Origin: Mobula hypostoma | Lineage: Eukaryota | Direction of reading: 5' to 3' | DNA: 64,000 nucleotides | Assembly: GCF_963921235.1 (NCBI RefSeq) | Contig: NC_086097.1 | Coordinates: 141,610,001 to 141,674,000 of the forward strand | Part shown: positions 38,411-50,904 of the stretch, one piece after another | How the letters are laid out: the number at the start of each line of letters is the position of its first letter | How positions within the stretch are numbered: position 1 is the first letter of the stretch | Position numbers and translations under genes: made by a program | Notes under the pieces: generated by a model | The model's input: only the letters and a program-made list of their open reading frames with translations | The model's database searches: none | Told to the model about the DNA's origin: nothing

Positions 38411-39534
38411 AAGAAGAGACAAGCACCGAAGAACGACAGACAGTTCCATCTCTGCACTGGCGATTGAACTTGACAGTGGTGCAGGCGAGGTATCCAGGCA
38501 GAGAGTCAGGCGAAGGGGGAAAAGACAAGGAGGGGAACAGAACAGTCCAGCAGGGAATCCCTGATTTGCAGAGGTATTTATGTCTCAGTCCCAAAATGAG
38601 AATCATGTGCCCACAACAGAAACTGGGGAAAACCAGAAACCCCGGAACAAGGGACCATGGACTGGACCGTGAACCGGAACACGGACTGGACCATGACAAT
38701 CTCTGAGGATCTAACCTGGTTCCAACACATTGATGTAGTCATAAAGAAGGCAAGACAGCAGCTACACTTTATTAGGAGTTTGAAGCGATTTGGCATGTCA
38801 GCAAATACACTCAAAAGCTTCTATAGCTGTACCGTGGAGAGCATTCTGACAGGCTGCATCACTGTCTGGTATGGAGGGGCTACTGCACAGGACTGAAAGA
38901 AGCTGCAAAAGGTTGTAAATCGAGTCAGCTCCATTTTGGGCACTAGCCTACAAGATACCCAGGATATCTTTAGGGAGCGGTGTCTCAGAAAGGCAGCATC
39001 CATTATTAAGGACCTCCAGCACCCAGGGCATGCCCTTTTCTCATTGTTACCATCAGGTAGGAGATACATAACCCTGAAGGCACACACTCAGTGATTCAGG
39101 GACAGCTTCTTCCCCTCTGCCATTCGATTCCTGAATGGACTTTGAAGCTTTGGATACTACCTCACTACAGCATTTCTGTTTTTGCACATTTTTAATAACC
39201 TATTCAATATACATAATTGATTTACTTGTTTATTTATTATTATGATTTATTTTATTTGTTATTTTTTCTCTCTCTCTGCTAGGTTATGTATTGCATTGAA
39301 CTGCTGCTGCTAAGTTAACAAATTTCACGTCACATGCCGGTGATAATAAACCTGATTCTGATTCTGATTCTAGATTAGCCATTATAAGACTGTAATAACA
39401 AATTACAGTGAGAGGCTGGATATATTGTGATTAGTGACTTTCTTCCAAATGCTCCAAAATCTATCCACAATTACAAGCCAAAGTCAAGAATGTGATAGAA
39501 TATTCTCCATTTGCCTGGATTAACAGTAACAACT

Positions 39535-39760
39535 AGCACAACACTTTACGGTACCAGTGACTCAGGTTCAATTCCCGCCACGGTTTGTACATTCCGTGAC
39601 TGTGTGAGTTCCCTCCTGGTGCTCTGGTTTCTTCCCACAGTCCAAAGATGTACTGGTTGGTAGGTTAATTAGTCATTGTAAATTGTCCCAGGGTTAAATA
39701 GGGGTTTGCTGGGCAGGAAGAACCTATTCCGTGCTATCTCTGAATAAATAAATAAAATAA
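39535..39760 (+). mobile_element. V-domain SINE
   Basis: ggttcaattcccgcc B box, V-domain remnant, (aaat)n tail. Confidence 0.7.
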
Positions 39761-41392
39761 ATACCTCTCAAAAATCTCAACACCATTAAGGACAGCATTT
39801 GAGTGGTAGCCCATCCATCATTCTAAATATTCGTTCACTATACCACTGGTGCAAGGACTGCTGTTTGAGCCATCAGTGAAATTCACTTCAGTCATTCACT
39901 TAGGTTACTTCGATAATACCTACCATGCCTACGATCTCTTCCATCAAAAACTACAAGGACAGTACATTTATTGAAACACTCCAAGCTGCAGGTTCCCCTC
40001 CAAGTCACATATTATATTAGTTGGAAATAAGAGTGCTGGTCCTCCATCATTAAGGGTCTAAATTATGAAGCACCCCACCCAAATGAACTACTGGTGTCTG
40101 TTGAAGAACCACAGCAATTCAGGAGACCTATCATCTTTTTCTCTGTGGTAAACAGGGGTGGACAATAAATACTGACCTTGCCAAGATGACCAGATCCTGA
40201 AAAATTAATAAATGAAATAAAAAATCAGAAGGCGTGATGAGGGAATAAAATGGTTTAAAAATAATAACTAGCCTCTGTCCAAAACAGAGATTGGAGTGAC
40301 TTGCTGGATAAAATGATTATATCAGTGATGAAGTCCAGAAGCCTTTTCAAGTTTTTGTAGAACCCCCATCAGTTCTCAGATGGCAAGATTTCTGCAAAAT
40401 GGGAAGCATTTTTCGGGTAGCCTACCTACAAAACATTGACAAGGAAGATGAAGGACTGAAATTCTATCCCACAGATTTCTCACTGGAAGCTTTATGGCCT
40501 TTCTAAATGGCATGATTTTCCTGTGTAGCTGTGTCCATTCTTATCTTAATGGTGGTGCTCCTCATGTAGAGCATAGACTACAAGTTACCCCGAAAATAAA
40601 ATCATATCACAAAATAAATGATGTCAACTCATTTATAACCGGTGTGTTATTTTTAGTTTGTCATAATTATCACTAATATCACCTTATTCTGACCATATGT
40701 TATTCTTACCAGAGGTCAGTGTGATGTTCACAGGGATCAGTGCAAGGACCTCTTTTATATGTGTGTATATATATATATATAAAATTTAGAAGCAAGATAT
40801 AATTGAAAATGTGGGCAGAGAAATAGCTGATGGAATTTAATTCAGGTAACCGTGATATGTTGCACTTTGGGTGGTCAAATGTAAGAGGAAGATATACAGT
40901 AAATAGTAGAACTCTCAAAGTATCTACGTACAGAGGCAGTATGGGTTGCAAGTCCATAGCTCCCTGAACTATCTTGCATTTGCATAAGATTAGGATATAA
41001 ACTCTTTCCATAAATCTGGAAAGAGTACAAAGAAGATTTATGAGAATGTTGCCAAAGTTCAAGGACTCTATAGGGAGAGGTTAGTAAAATCCAACCTATA
41101 TGATCTTTATACATTGGATTGGAGAAGACAGAGGGTTGACCTTACAGGGGTGTATAAAATCGTTAGAGGTATAAATAGGGTGAATGCACACAGTATCTTT
41201 CCCAGGGACAGAAATCAAAAACTGAAGGGCAGAGGTACAAGGTCAGAGGGTAAATATTTTAAAGGGACCTGAAGGGCAAGTTCTTCATGCATAATGTGGT
41301 GTATATTTGGAATGAGCTGAGTGGTTTAGGCAAGTACAATAATAAAATTTAATGGACAGTAGGATAAGTACATGGATAGAAAAGGTTTAGTG

Positions 41393-41472
41393 CAGGGGTT
41401 CCCAACCTGGGGTTCATGAACTCCTTGTTTAATGGTATTGGTCCATGGCATAAAAAAGGTTGGGAACCCCTA
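41393..41472. mobile_element. 80-bp hAT (Charlie-like) MITE
   Basis: TIRs caggggttcccaacct / aggttgggaaccccta; 8-bp TSD gtttagtg/gtttagag (one mismatch). Confidence 0.85.
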
Positions 41473-42328
41473 GTTTAGAGGGATATGGGCCAAACGCAAA
41501 CAAATGGGACTAATTTAGAAGTCCATTTTGTTTTTCATGGACAGGTTGGACTAAAGGGCCCGTTTTCATTCTGTTTTGCTCTATGACGATGAAATTGGCA
41601 ACACACATGTGATAGGGTGGTAAAGAAGGCATACCACATATTTGCCTTCACCAATCTGTGTGTAGAGTTAGAAGTTGGAAATTCATGTTACAACTTCATA
41701 AAATTTTGATTAGGTCACATTCGGAATTTTGCTCTGTTCTGGTCACTGAAAGGCAAGAAGAATGTGGAGGCTTTGAAATCGAATTGAATCTATTACTTAC
41801 ATCCTTCATACAGTAGAGGATACAGAAGAGGTTCACCAGAATGTTGCCTGGATTAGAGAGTATTAGCTATAAGGGAAGGTTGGACAAACTTGGATTGTTT
41901 CGGTCTCTATAACTGTAACACTTTATTCTGCACTGACATGATGAAATTACATGTAAGCAAAACAAAGTTTTTCACTGTACCTCAGTATATGTGGCAATAA
42001 TAAACCGATTTACCAATGCTTTTTCTGGAGCATCAGAAGTTGAGGAGCAATCTGATATACATTTATAAAATTATGAAAGGCATAGAGAGAAAAGATATTA
42101 ATCCTCCCTCCCCCACCCCAGGTAGAAATGTGAAATACTAGCAGGCATAGCTTCAAAGTGACAGAGATAAACTTTAAAGGAGATTTTTAAGGCTCTTTTT
42201 TTCACAAAGAGAATGGTAAGTACCTGGAATACACTGCCAGGGTAAGGGATGTAAGCAGATATAAAAGCAATGCTTAAGAGACATTTAGACGGGCATATGA
42301 ACAATCAGGGAATGGAGGAATATACGTA

Positions 42329-42385
42329 CACTCAATGGCCACATTATTAGGCACAGAAAATACCTAATTAAGTGGCCACTGAGCG
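42329..42385. mobile_element. 57-bp Tc1/mariner-type palindromic MITE
   Basis: cactcaatggccacattattagg...cctaattaagtggccactgagcg flanked by TA on both sides. Confidence 0.8.
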
Positions 42386-42580
42386 TATACCATGTGCAAA
42401 GTGATGGGATTAGTTTCAATAGCATAATGCACAGTGCAGACATCATGGGCTGCACTGTTTCTGCACTACACCTATTCCATGTTCTAATTACAAAGTTTAC
42501 TGGAATGTGTAAGTGTTCTTCAATATTACACATTAAACTAATTCAGTTACTGTTGTTCATTACAATTATACAGTTCATAC

Positions 42581-42711
42581 CTGTCATCATCATTTGTTTT
42601 GGCAATTTCAGCTTCATCCACATCAAATTCAAAATCTTTCATTTCATCTGATAATAACAGTACATCACAAACACCACTTGACATTGTTTGCATAATTTCT
42701 TCATAGTTTCG
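42581..42711 (-). CDS. NME8: NME8-like exon: RNYEEIMQTMSSGVCDVLLLSDEMKDFEFDVDEAEIAKTNDDD(S)
   Basis: Inside ORF 42547..42735; acceptor gagcag, donor gtatga; 131 nt, phase 0 to 2; NDK 'f..lv..MsSG' motif followed by an acidic linker. Confidence 0.82.
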
Positions 42712-43569
42712 CTGCTCAACAGAATGATTTATCATAAGAATCAGGAAGACATTATGCTACCATCACCTTCACATATTTTAAATATACTGTATTATAAATT
42801 TTATTGCACGAGGACTTCAATGTCTACTAGCTCTCCAGCCTCCCCTTCAAAATCCTTAATGTAGAATTCACATTAGTTCTCAGATGGCAAGATTTCTGCA
42901 AAGTGGGGAACATTTTTGGGGTAGCCTAGCTACAAATCATTGACAAGGAAGGTGAAGGACTGACATTCTATCTCACAGATTTCTCATTTCTCAACTTCAT
43001 CTTACCAACTTCTCAGGTAATTGCCTTACTGAAAGTGTTCAGCTACTTCTCAAATTTTCTCACTTTTCAGTTTACTTACTTGACTCTGTACTAAATTCAG
43101 AACTACATTTTACTTATTTTGTTCTCCTGACACCTGTATCCTTATTAACTTTTATTGCTTACACATCCATTTCTATCTTACAGAACATTCTCAAAGAGAA
43201 AGGTAGGAGTCCTCCTTGTTGCTTCATGTGAGGATGAGGTAGGATAATCAAATGAACTGTGGCACCATTGTTCAGGAAACCATACAACAAGTGCAGAGAA
43301 GAGCAATGTAGTTGTAGTTGGAAAGAGTATATTTAGGGGAATAGACACAATTCTCTGTCACGAGGATTAAGAGTTCCGAAGGTTGTGTTGTCTGGATGGT
43401 GCCTGGATTTGGGTTATGTCATCTAACCTGCAGAGGAATTTGGAGTGGGAGGAGAAAGATCCAGTTGTCATGGTCCATGTGGGTACCAATGACGGAGGAA
43501 TAACATGGAAGAAAGGTCTGCTGAGGAAATTTGAGCAGCTAGGACTAAATTAAAACACAGAACTAATAA

Positions 43570-44785
43570 AACCATAAGACCGTAAGATATAGGAGCAGAA
43601 TTAGGCCATTTAGCCCAGCGAATCTGCTCCGCCATTCAATCATGGCTGATCCTTTTTTCCTCCTCCTCAACCACAATTCCCAGCCTTCTCCACGTAACCT
43701 TTGATGCCACATCCAATCAAGAACCTATCAATCTCTGCCTTAAGTACACCCAACAACTTGGCCTCCACAGCTGCATGTGGCAATAAATTTCACAAATTCA
43801 ACCCTTTGGCTGAAGAAACTTTTCTGAATCTCTGTTTTGAAAGGGTGCCCCTCTATCCTGAGTCTGTGCCTTCTTGTCCTAGACTCTCCCATCATGGGAA
43901 ACATCCTTTCCACATCTACTCTGTCTAGGTTTTTCAACATTTGAAAGGTTTTAATGAGATCCCCCCTCATCCTTCTGAATTCCAGTGAGTACAGACCTAG
44001 AGCCATCAAACGTTCCTCGTATGATAACCCTTTCATGCCTGGAATTATCCTTGCGAACCTCCTCTGGACCCTCTCCAATGCCAGCACATCTTTTCTAAGA
44101 TGAGGTGCCCAAAACTGTTCACAGTACTCAAGGTGAGGCCTCACCAGTGCCTTATAAAGCCTCAGTATCACATCCTTGCTCTTGTATTCTAGACTTCTTG
44201 ATATAAATGCTAACGTGGCATTTGCCTTCCTCACCACGGACTCAACCTGCAAGTTAACCTTTAGGGTGTTCTGCACAAGAACTCCCAAGTCCCTTTGCAT
44301 CTCAAACTTTTGGATTTTCTCCCTGTTTAGAAATAGTCTGAACATTTATTTCTACTACCAAAGTGCACAACCATGCATTTTCCAATATTGTATTTCAGTT
44401 GCCACTTTCTTGCCCATTCTCCGAATCTGTCTAAGTCCTTATGCATCCTACCTGCTTCCTCAACACGACTTGCCCCTCCACCAATCCTTGTATCATCTGC
44501 AAACTTGGCAACAAAGCCATCTACTCCATCATCTAAATCATTTATATACAGCATAAAAAGAAGTGGTCCCAACACCGACCCATGCAGAACACCACTAGTC
44601 ACTGGCAGCCAACCAAAAAAGGATCCTTTTATTCCCACTTGTTGCCTCCTACCAATCAGCCAATACTCTAACCATGTTAGTAACTTTCCTGTAACATCAT
44701 GGGCTCTTAACTTGGTAAACAGCCTCATGTGTGGCACCTTTTCAAAGGCCTTCTAAAAGTCCAAATATACAACATCCACTGCATA
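43570..44785 (-). mobile_element. Younger CR1 RT/3' end nested in the old CR1
   Basis: ORFs 43740..44345 and 44327..44737 (FADD). Confidence 0.92.
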
Positions 44786-46135
44786 ACCCCTGGATTGTTA
44801 CCTGAGTCATGTGCATATTAGAAAAGGATAAGAATTTAAATTCAGACAACATGGAAACAACACTGGTGAATAGACGACTGTAGGTGTTATATTTGAATGC
44901 ATGTGGTATATGAAATAAGGTAGATGATCTTGTAGTGTACTTACAAATTGATGGGTATGACATTGTGAGCATCACTTGGTCATAGTTGAAAGAAGATCAC
45001 AGCAAGGATATATATCGTATTGAAAGGACAGGCAGGTGAGCAGAGGGAGTGGGCTAGTTTTGTTAGTTAAAAATGAAATCAAATCCTTAGAAAGAAGTGG
45101 CATAGGATCAGATGATGTAGAATCCTGTGGGTAGAGTTAAGAAGTTCCTGATGGGAATTATATACAGGATTCCAAACAGTAGCCATGATGTGAGGTAAAA
45201 ATTTAAAAATGAGAAATTAAAAAGGGGAATGTTACGAGGGCCATAGGGGATATCAATATGCAGGTAGATTAAGAAAATCAGGTTAGTGCTGAACTGAGAA
45301 GACAAAGTTTGTAGAATGCCTACGAGATGGCTTTTTGGAGCAGCTTGTAGTCAAGCCCATTAGGGAAAAGGATGTTGTACAATGAACCAGATTTGATTAG
45401 GAAGATTAAGGTAAAGGAACCCCAAGCAGGCAGTGATCATAGTATGACTGAATTCACCCTGCGTTTGACAGGGAGAAGCTAAAATCAGATGTATCAAGAT
45501 TACAGCAGAATAAAGGGAACTACAGAGGCATGAGAGAGAAGCTGGTTAAAGATAATTGGAAGGGGATATCAGCGGTCATAATGGTAGAGCAGCAATGGCA
45601 GGAATTTCTGGGAATAACTTAGAAGACGCAGGGTCACTTCATTCCAAAGAAGAAGAAGAAGCATACTAAAGGGAGGATGAGGCAGCTTTTGCTGACAGGG
45701 AAAGTCAAAGACAGCATAAAAGCAAAAGAATGGCATACCATATAGCAAAAATTAGAGAGAACCTGGGGGACTGGAAAGCCTTTAAAAAACAACAAAAGAT
45801 TGGCAATAAGGAGATAACATGAAATATGAAGGTCATCTAGCTAATAATATAAAAGGCATATAAAGCATAAAAGAGATGAAAGAGTGGACATTAGACCATT
45901 GGAAAATAATGCCTGGGAGGTAGTATTGGGAACGAAGAAATGGTAGATGAACTGAATAAGTATTTATGTTGCTTTTCACTGTAGAAGATACCAGCAGGAC
46001 ACCAGAAATTCAAGAGTACCAGGGGGCATAAGTGAGTTTAGTTGCTATCACTAAGAAGAAGTCAAGTGGACCAGATGGACTTCATCCCAGGTTTCTCTAA
46101 CAGATTCTGGAATGGTTCAAGAAGTCTGGAAAACT

Positions 46136-47025
46136 CAGAGTTGGAGTCAATGGCGACTCCTTCATGTTCATCTATGAAAATAGCTTAGTTTTTACCTTTG
46201 ATGTCTCTCTTTTTCCTTTCCAGGGTGGATGGGGTTCTGTCACAGACCCTAACCTGGAGTTACACTCAGACTTCGGTACTTTGCGGTGGTGGGACCCGTT
46301 TCCAGGGGCTTACATCCAACCACTTTTCAATATCCCAAGGCCATGCCCTAGAAGACGAGCACACCTTTGGGATTCCGAAGTTTTGCAGCCCTGTGGATAG
46401 CCTGATTCTAAGCTGGTGCCACCGACTGAAGCATCGCGGAAAAAAATGGAACACTGGGAACATTGGATCAGTGCCAGAGGCTCTGTACTCGGCGAATCGT
46501 GCTCTCTCTCTCTCTCTCTCTCTCTCTCGTTGGTGGGGAAAAGATTGTTGCTGATTCTCTGAGCAGAGAACTTAGAAAAAAAATTAACGTGACAGACTTT
46601 TAACCCCATAAATCAGCAAGTTGTTTTGTTATGTCAACCCTCTCACTGTGAAAGGGAACACCTCTTTTTCCCTTTATTGGGGAGAAAGAGAGCCTGTGGC
46701 ATGTTGAATTGTCATGCGAACGATTAGTTTTGGTTGTACTGCAGATCATGGTCTTTATTGGAGGCTTTAATATTTCATGCTTGGTGGGTGGAGGGTGATG
46801 TTTTTTTTGCAGATGGGTGGGGGTGGGGGAGGGTTATTGCTTTTTTGCTGCCTGTGCATGGGAGCGAGGAGGAGTGGGCGGCTTTGGGGTTCTAACATTT
46901 TTATCTGTCACTCATTCTTTGGGACACTCTTCTGTTTTCATGGATGTCTGTGAAGAACAAGAATTTCAGGATGTATATTGTATGCATTTCTCTGATATTA
47001 AATGGGACTATTGAACTACTGAACT
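46136..47025 (+). mobile_element. Non-coding non-autonomous retroelement-like insert
   Basis: Interrupts the CR1 'EDWK|.ANVTP' region; begins near atggcgac, has (CT)n, ends attaaa..attgaactactgaact; no convincing ORF. Confidence 0.55.
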
Positions 47026-48739
47026 TTCAAACGCCACTCTACTCTTTAAGAAGGGAGAGAGACAAAAGACAGGATATTATACACCAATTAGCTTGATTTC
47101 AGTGGCTGGCTACATGTTAAGAGTCTATTATTAAAGATGAGGTTTCAGGGTATTTGGAAGCACATACAGTATTAAAAAAGGATGAAGTCAGCTTGGTTTC
47201 CTTAAGAGGAAATCCTGTTTGACAAATCTGTTGAAATTCTTTGAGGAAATAACAGGCAGGAAAGACAAAGTAGAATCTGTGGATATTGTTTATTTTGATT
47301 TTCAGAAGGCCTTTGAGAAGGCGCTGTACATGAAGCTGTAAAACAAGTTAAGAACCCAAGATATTACAGGAAAGGTATTAGCATGGATGGAAGATTGGCT
47401 GACTGACAGAAAACAGAGTGGGAATAAAGGGAGCCTTTTCTTGTTGGCTGCCAGTGACTAGCAGTGTACCTCAAGGGTCAGTGCCGGGTCTACATTTCAC
47501 GTTATATATCAATGATCTGGATGATGAATTGATGACTTTATAGCCAAGTTTGCGAATGATACATAGGTCGGTGGAGAGGCAGGTAGTGTTAGTAAATCAG
47601 GGAGTCTGCAGAAGGACTTGGGCAGATTAGAAGAAAGGGAAAGGAAGTGGCAGATGGAATATAACAAAGAGAAGTGTATGGTCATGCACTTTGGTAGAAT
47701 GAATAAAGACATAGACTATTTTTTAAAGGGGGAGCAGAATCTAAGTGCAAAGGGACTTAGGAATCCTGGTGCATTCGTTTTGAGAGGACTAGAATATAAA
47801 AGCAAGAACAAATACGGAGACTTTATAAGGCATTGGTCAGACCACATTTGGAGTATTTTGAGCAGATTGGGACCTCATATCTAAGACAGGATATGCTAAT
47901 ATTGGAGACAGTCAAGAGGATGTTCCCAAGAATAATCCCAGGAATGAAAGTATTAATGTATGAGGAGCGTTTGATGACTCTAGGCCCGTACCCACTGGAG
48001 TTTAAAAGAACAAGAAGGATCTCATTGAAAGGCCTAGACAGAATAGATCAGGAAAGGATGTTTCCAGTAATGAGAGTCTAGGACCAGAAGCAGAGACTCA
48101 GGAAACAAGGACGTCCCTTTAGAACAGAGATAAGGAAGAATTTCTTAAGCCAGAGGGTGTTGAATCTGTGGAACTCATTGCAACAAACAGCTTTGGAGGT
48201 TAGGTTGGTGGGTATATTTACAGCAGAGATTGATAGGTTCTTCATTAGTAAAGGCATCAAAGGTTATGGGGAGAAGGAAGGAGAATACGACCAAGAAGGA
48301 AAATAAATCATGATAGAAAGGCAGAGCAGACTCGATAGGCCGAATGGTCAAATTTTGTTCCTATGTCTTATGTTCTTATGGTTAGTCAAGGGTCATTGTA
48401 AACATGGGTACCAATGACATTGGTAGAAAAAGGGAAGAGATTCTGTAGAGTCAATATAGGGAGTTAGGAAGAAGGTTAAAAACCAAGAACTAATGTGTTG
48501 TAATCTGTGGATTACTCCCAGTGCCACATGGTTGTGAGGGTAGAAATATGAGGGCAGGATATTGTATTGCTGAGAGGCTGGTGCAGCAGGGGAGCATTCA
48601 GGTTCTTGAACAATTGGGATTTCCTCTGGGGAAAAGCTGACCTGTATAAGGGTGACCAATATCCAGGCAGAGAGATTTGCTAGAGTTACTCAGAAAGCTT
48701 TAGACTAGTTTGGCAGATGAGAAGATGGAGGCAAATATA

Positions 48740-49870
48740 GATGTTCCACACGGTGGGCTTATCCAGAAAGTCAGAAGGCATGGGATCTGGGGAAGTTTGG
48801 CCAGGTGGATTCAGAATTGATTTGCCTGCAGAAGGCAGAGGGTCGTGTCGGAGGGAGTACATTCGGATTGGAGGGTTGTGACTAGTGGTGTTCCACAAGG
48901 ATCGGTTCTGGGACCTCTACTTTTCGTGATTTTTATTAATGACCTGGATGTGGGGGTAGAAGGGTGTGTTGGCAAGTTTGCAGACGACACAAAGGTTGGT
49001 GGTGTTGTAGATAGTGTAGAGGATTGTCGAAGATTGCAGGGAGACATTGATAGGTTGCAGAAGTGGGCTGAGAAGTGGCAGATGGAGTTCAACCCGGAGA
49101 AGTGTGAAGTAGTACACTTTGGTAGGACAAACTCCAAGGCAGAGTACAAAGTAAATGGCAGGATACTTGGTAGTGTGGAGGAGCAGAGGGATCGGGGGGT
49201 AGATGTCCACAGATCCCTGAAAGTTGCCTCACAGGTAGATAGGGTAGTTAAGAAAGCTTATGGGGTGTTAGCTTTCATAAGTCGAGGGATACAGTTTAAG
49301 AGTCGCAATGTAATGATGCAACTCTATAAAACTCTGGTTAGGCCACACTTGGAGTACTGTGTACAGCTCTGGTCACCTCATTATAGGAAGGATGAGGCAG
49401 GATTGGAAAGGGTACAGAGGAGCTTTACCAGGACGCTGCCTGGTTTAGAGAGTATGGATTATGATCAGAGATTAAGGGAGCTAGGGCTTTACTCTTTGGA
49501 GAGAAGGATGATGAGAGGAGACATGATAAAGGTATACAAGATATTAAGAGGAATAGATAGAGTGGATAGCCAACGCCTCTTCCCCAGGGCACCACTGCTC
49601 AATACAAGGGGACATGCCTTTAAGGTAAGGGGTGGGAAGTTCAAGGGGGATATTGGAGGAAGGTTTTTTACTCAGAGAGTGGTTGGTGCGTGGAATACAC
49701 TGCCTGAGTCAGTGGTGGAGGCAGATACACTAGTGAAATTTAAGAGACTACTAGACAGGTATATGGAGGAATTTAAGGTGCGGGTTATATGGGAGACAGG
49801 GTTTGAGGGTCAGTACAACAATGTGGGCCGAAGGGCCTGTACTGTGCTGTACTATTCTATGTTCTATGTT
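48740..49870 (+). mobile_element. Young CR1 3' portion with open RT C-terminal ORF
   Basis: ORF 48845..49921 with GVPQGSVLGP and FADD; tail ctattctatgttctatgtt; sits in an older esterase/APE relic (48385-48740, 49870-50005). Confidence 0.93.
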
Positions 49871-50904
49871 AAAGTGAGCAAGTCCAATCGGCAGGACAGG
49901 ACAGGAGTGAAGAAAGCATGAAAGGCTAAAACTGCCTTTATTTTAATAAAAGAAGCATGGCAGGTAAGGTTGACGAACCCAGGGTATGGATAGCGTTCAC
50001 TGGATCCCAATTGCCTGAATCTGACATATATATCCTTTTCCCTCACCCGAGCCTCAATATCCCTCATCAGCCAGCTTTCCATAATCTTGCCAGCCTTGTC
50101 CTTCACTCTAGAAGGAATATGTTGTCCTTGAACAGTCCCTATCTCACTTTTAAAATCCTCCCATCTGCCAGACAACTCTTTACTTGCAAACATCATCTGC
50201 TTATCAACTATTCCAAGTTTTTGTCTAATGCCTTCAGAATTTGATCTTCTCAATTTAGGGCAATTTGTGAACCAGTCCTATCTTTCTCCATAACTAATTA
50301 AAAACTAATAGAATCGCTGGTCCCAATGTATTCTCCAACTGCCACATTAACCTCTTGCCCAGCTTCATTTTCCTAGAGAAGTGTCGAGTATTGCACTGTG
50401 TCTAGTAGACCCATCAATGATTGTTTTAGAAAACTTTCTTAGGCACACTAAACAAATTTTCTGCCCCATCTTATCCCTTAACAACAGACCCAATCTGTCG
50501 TGTCTGTGCAACTACATATCAATGAAATAAAAGCACACATTGCAGTGACAGAGAGAGCGAGGGAGCAATGCACATGTGTAGACAACAGATCAATGCGCAT
50601 TCAACGGATAAACACGTAGTGCTAAGGGGGAGTGGTCACTGCTTTAAAAGAAATAGATCCATATATTACACATCTTCCCCCTTTAGATTAATGCAACGTA
50701 AAACAGTATATGTACAAAATGTTCAATTTCCCTTTCATAAACCATTTTCCAAACAAACATGCTTTCACAATAATGGTCCATAACTAAAGATTCACTATAC
50801 TAAAGATTCAGTCTTTTGGGTGGCACTCTGTTTCTTTCGGGATAGTGCCTCTGGACCCATGGATTGGCAACAGGCTTGGTAGGTGTCTTGTCAACCATTC
50901 CCAT

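Larger units (their letters stand above)
37577..38698 (-). mobile_element. 1.12-kb solo-LTR-like insertion with internal tandem repeats
   Basis: TGTCA...TGACA termini; exact 5-bp TSD atctc (37572-37576, 38699-38703); host reads 'GVKIS|EDLTW'. Strand inferred from a TATA-like cataaata on minus near 38575. Confidence 0.85.
35733..39372 (+). mobile_element. Rex1/Babar-type LINE (APE + RT), 5'-truncated
   Basis: ORFs 35753..36400 (VYIPP, GDFN, LDH, SDH), 36340..37065, 37263..37613 (KFADD); tail aataaa(ctgatt)n. Confidence 0.9.
34860..40200 (+). mobile_element. Ancient CR1/L2-clade LINE relic hosting later inserts
   Basis: 'KALDTA..G..NISIVMLKAC' near 34940; 'YKPKxRNVIEYSPFAW' near 39470; 3' end caataaatactgaccttgcc near 40165. 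Confidence 0.6.
40705..42480 (+). mobile_element. Two old CR1 3' fragments carrying small inserts
   Basis: RT and C-terminal remnants (QGSVQGP, ERVQRRF) and CR1-type 3' UTRs. Confidence 0.7.
43190..48382 (+). mobile_element. Old near-full-length CR1 (esterase, APE, RT, 3' UTR) with two nested inserts
   Basis: Esterase 'RRLCCL.GA', 'HVGTND' at 43380-43500; APE from 44880; RT 47030-47700; tail cttatgttcttatgg at 48380. Confidence 0.8.

Noticed and set aside
48845..49921. 358-aa ORF as a functional RT gene
   Set aside because: 5'-truncated CR1 lacking the endonuclease and N-terminal RT motifs; the ORF reads through the 3' UTR.
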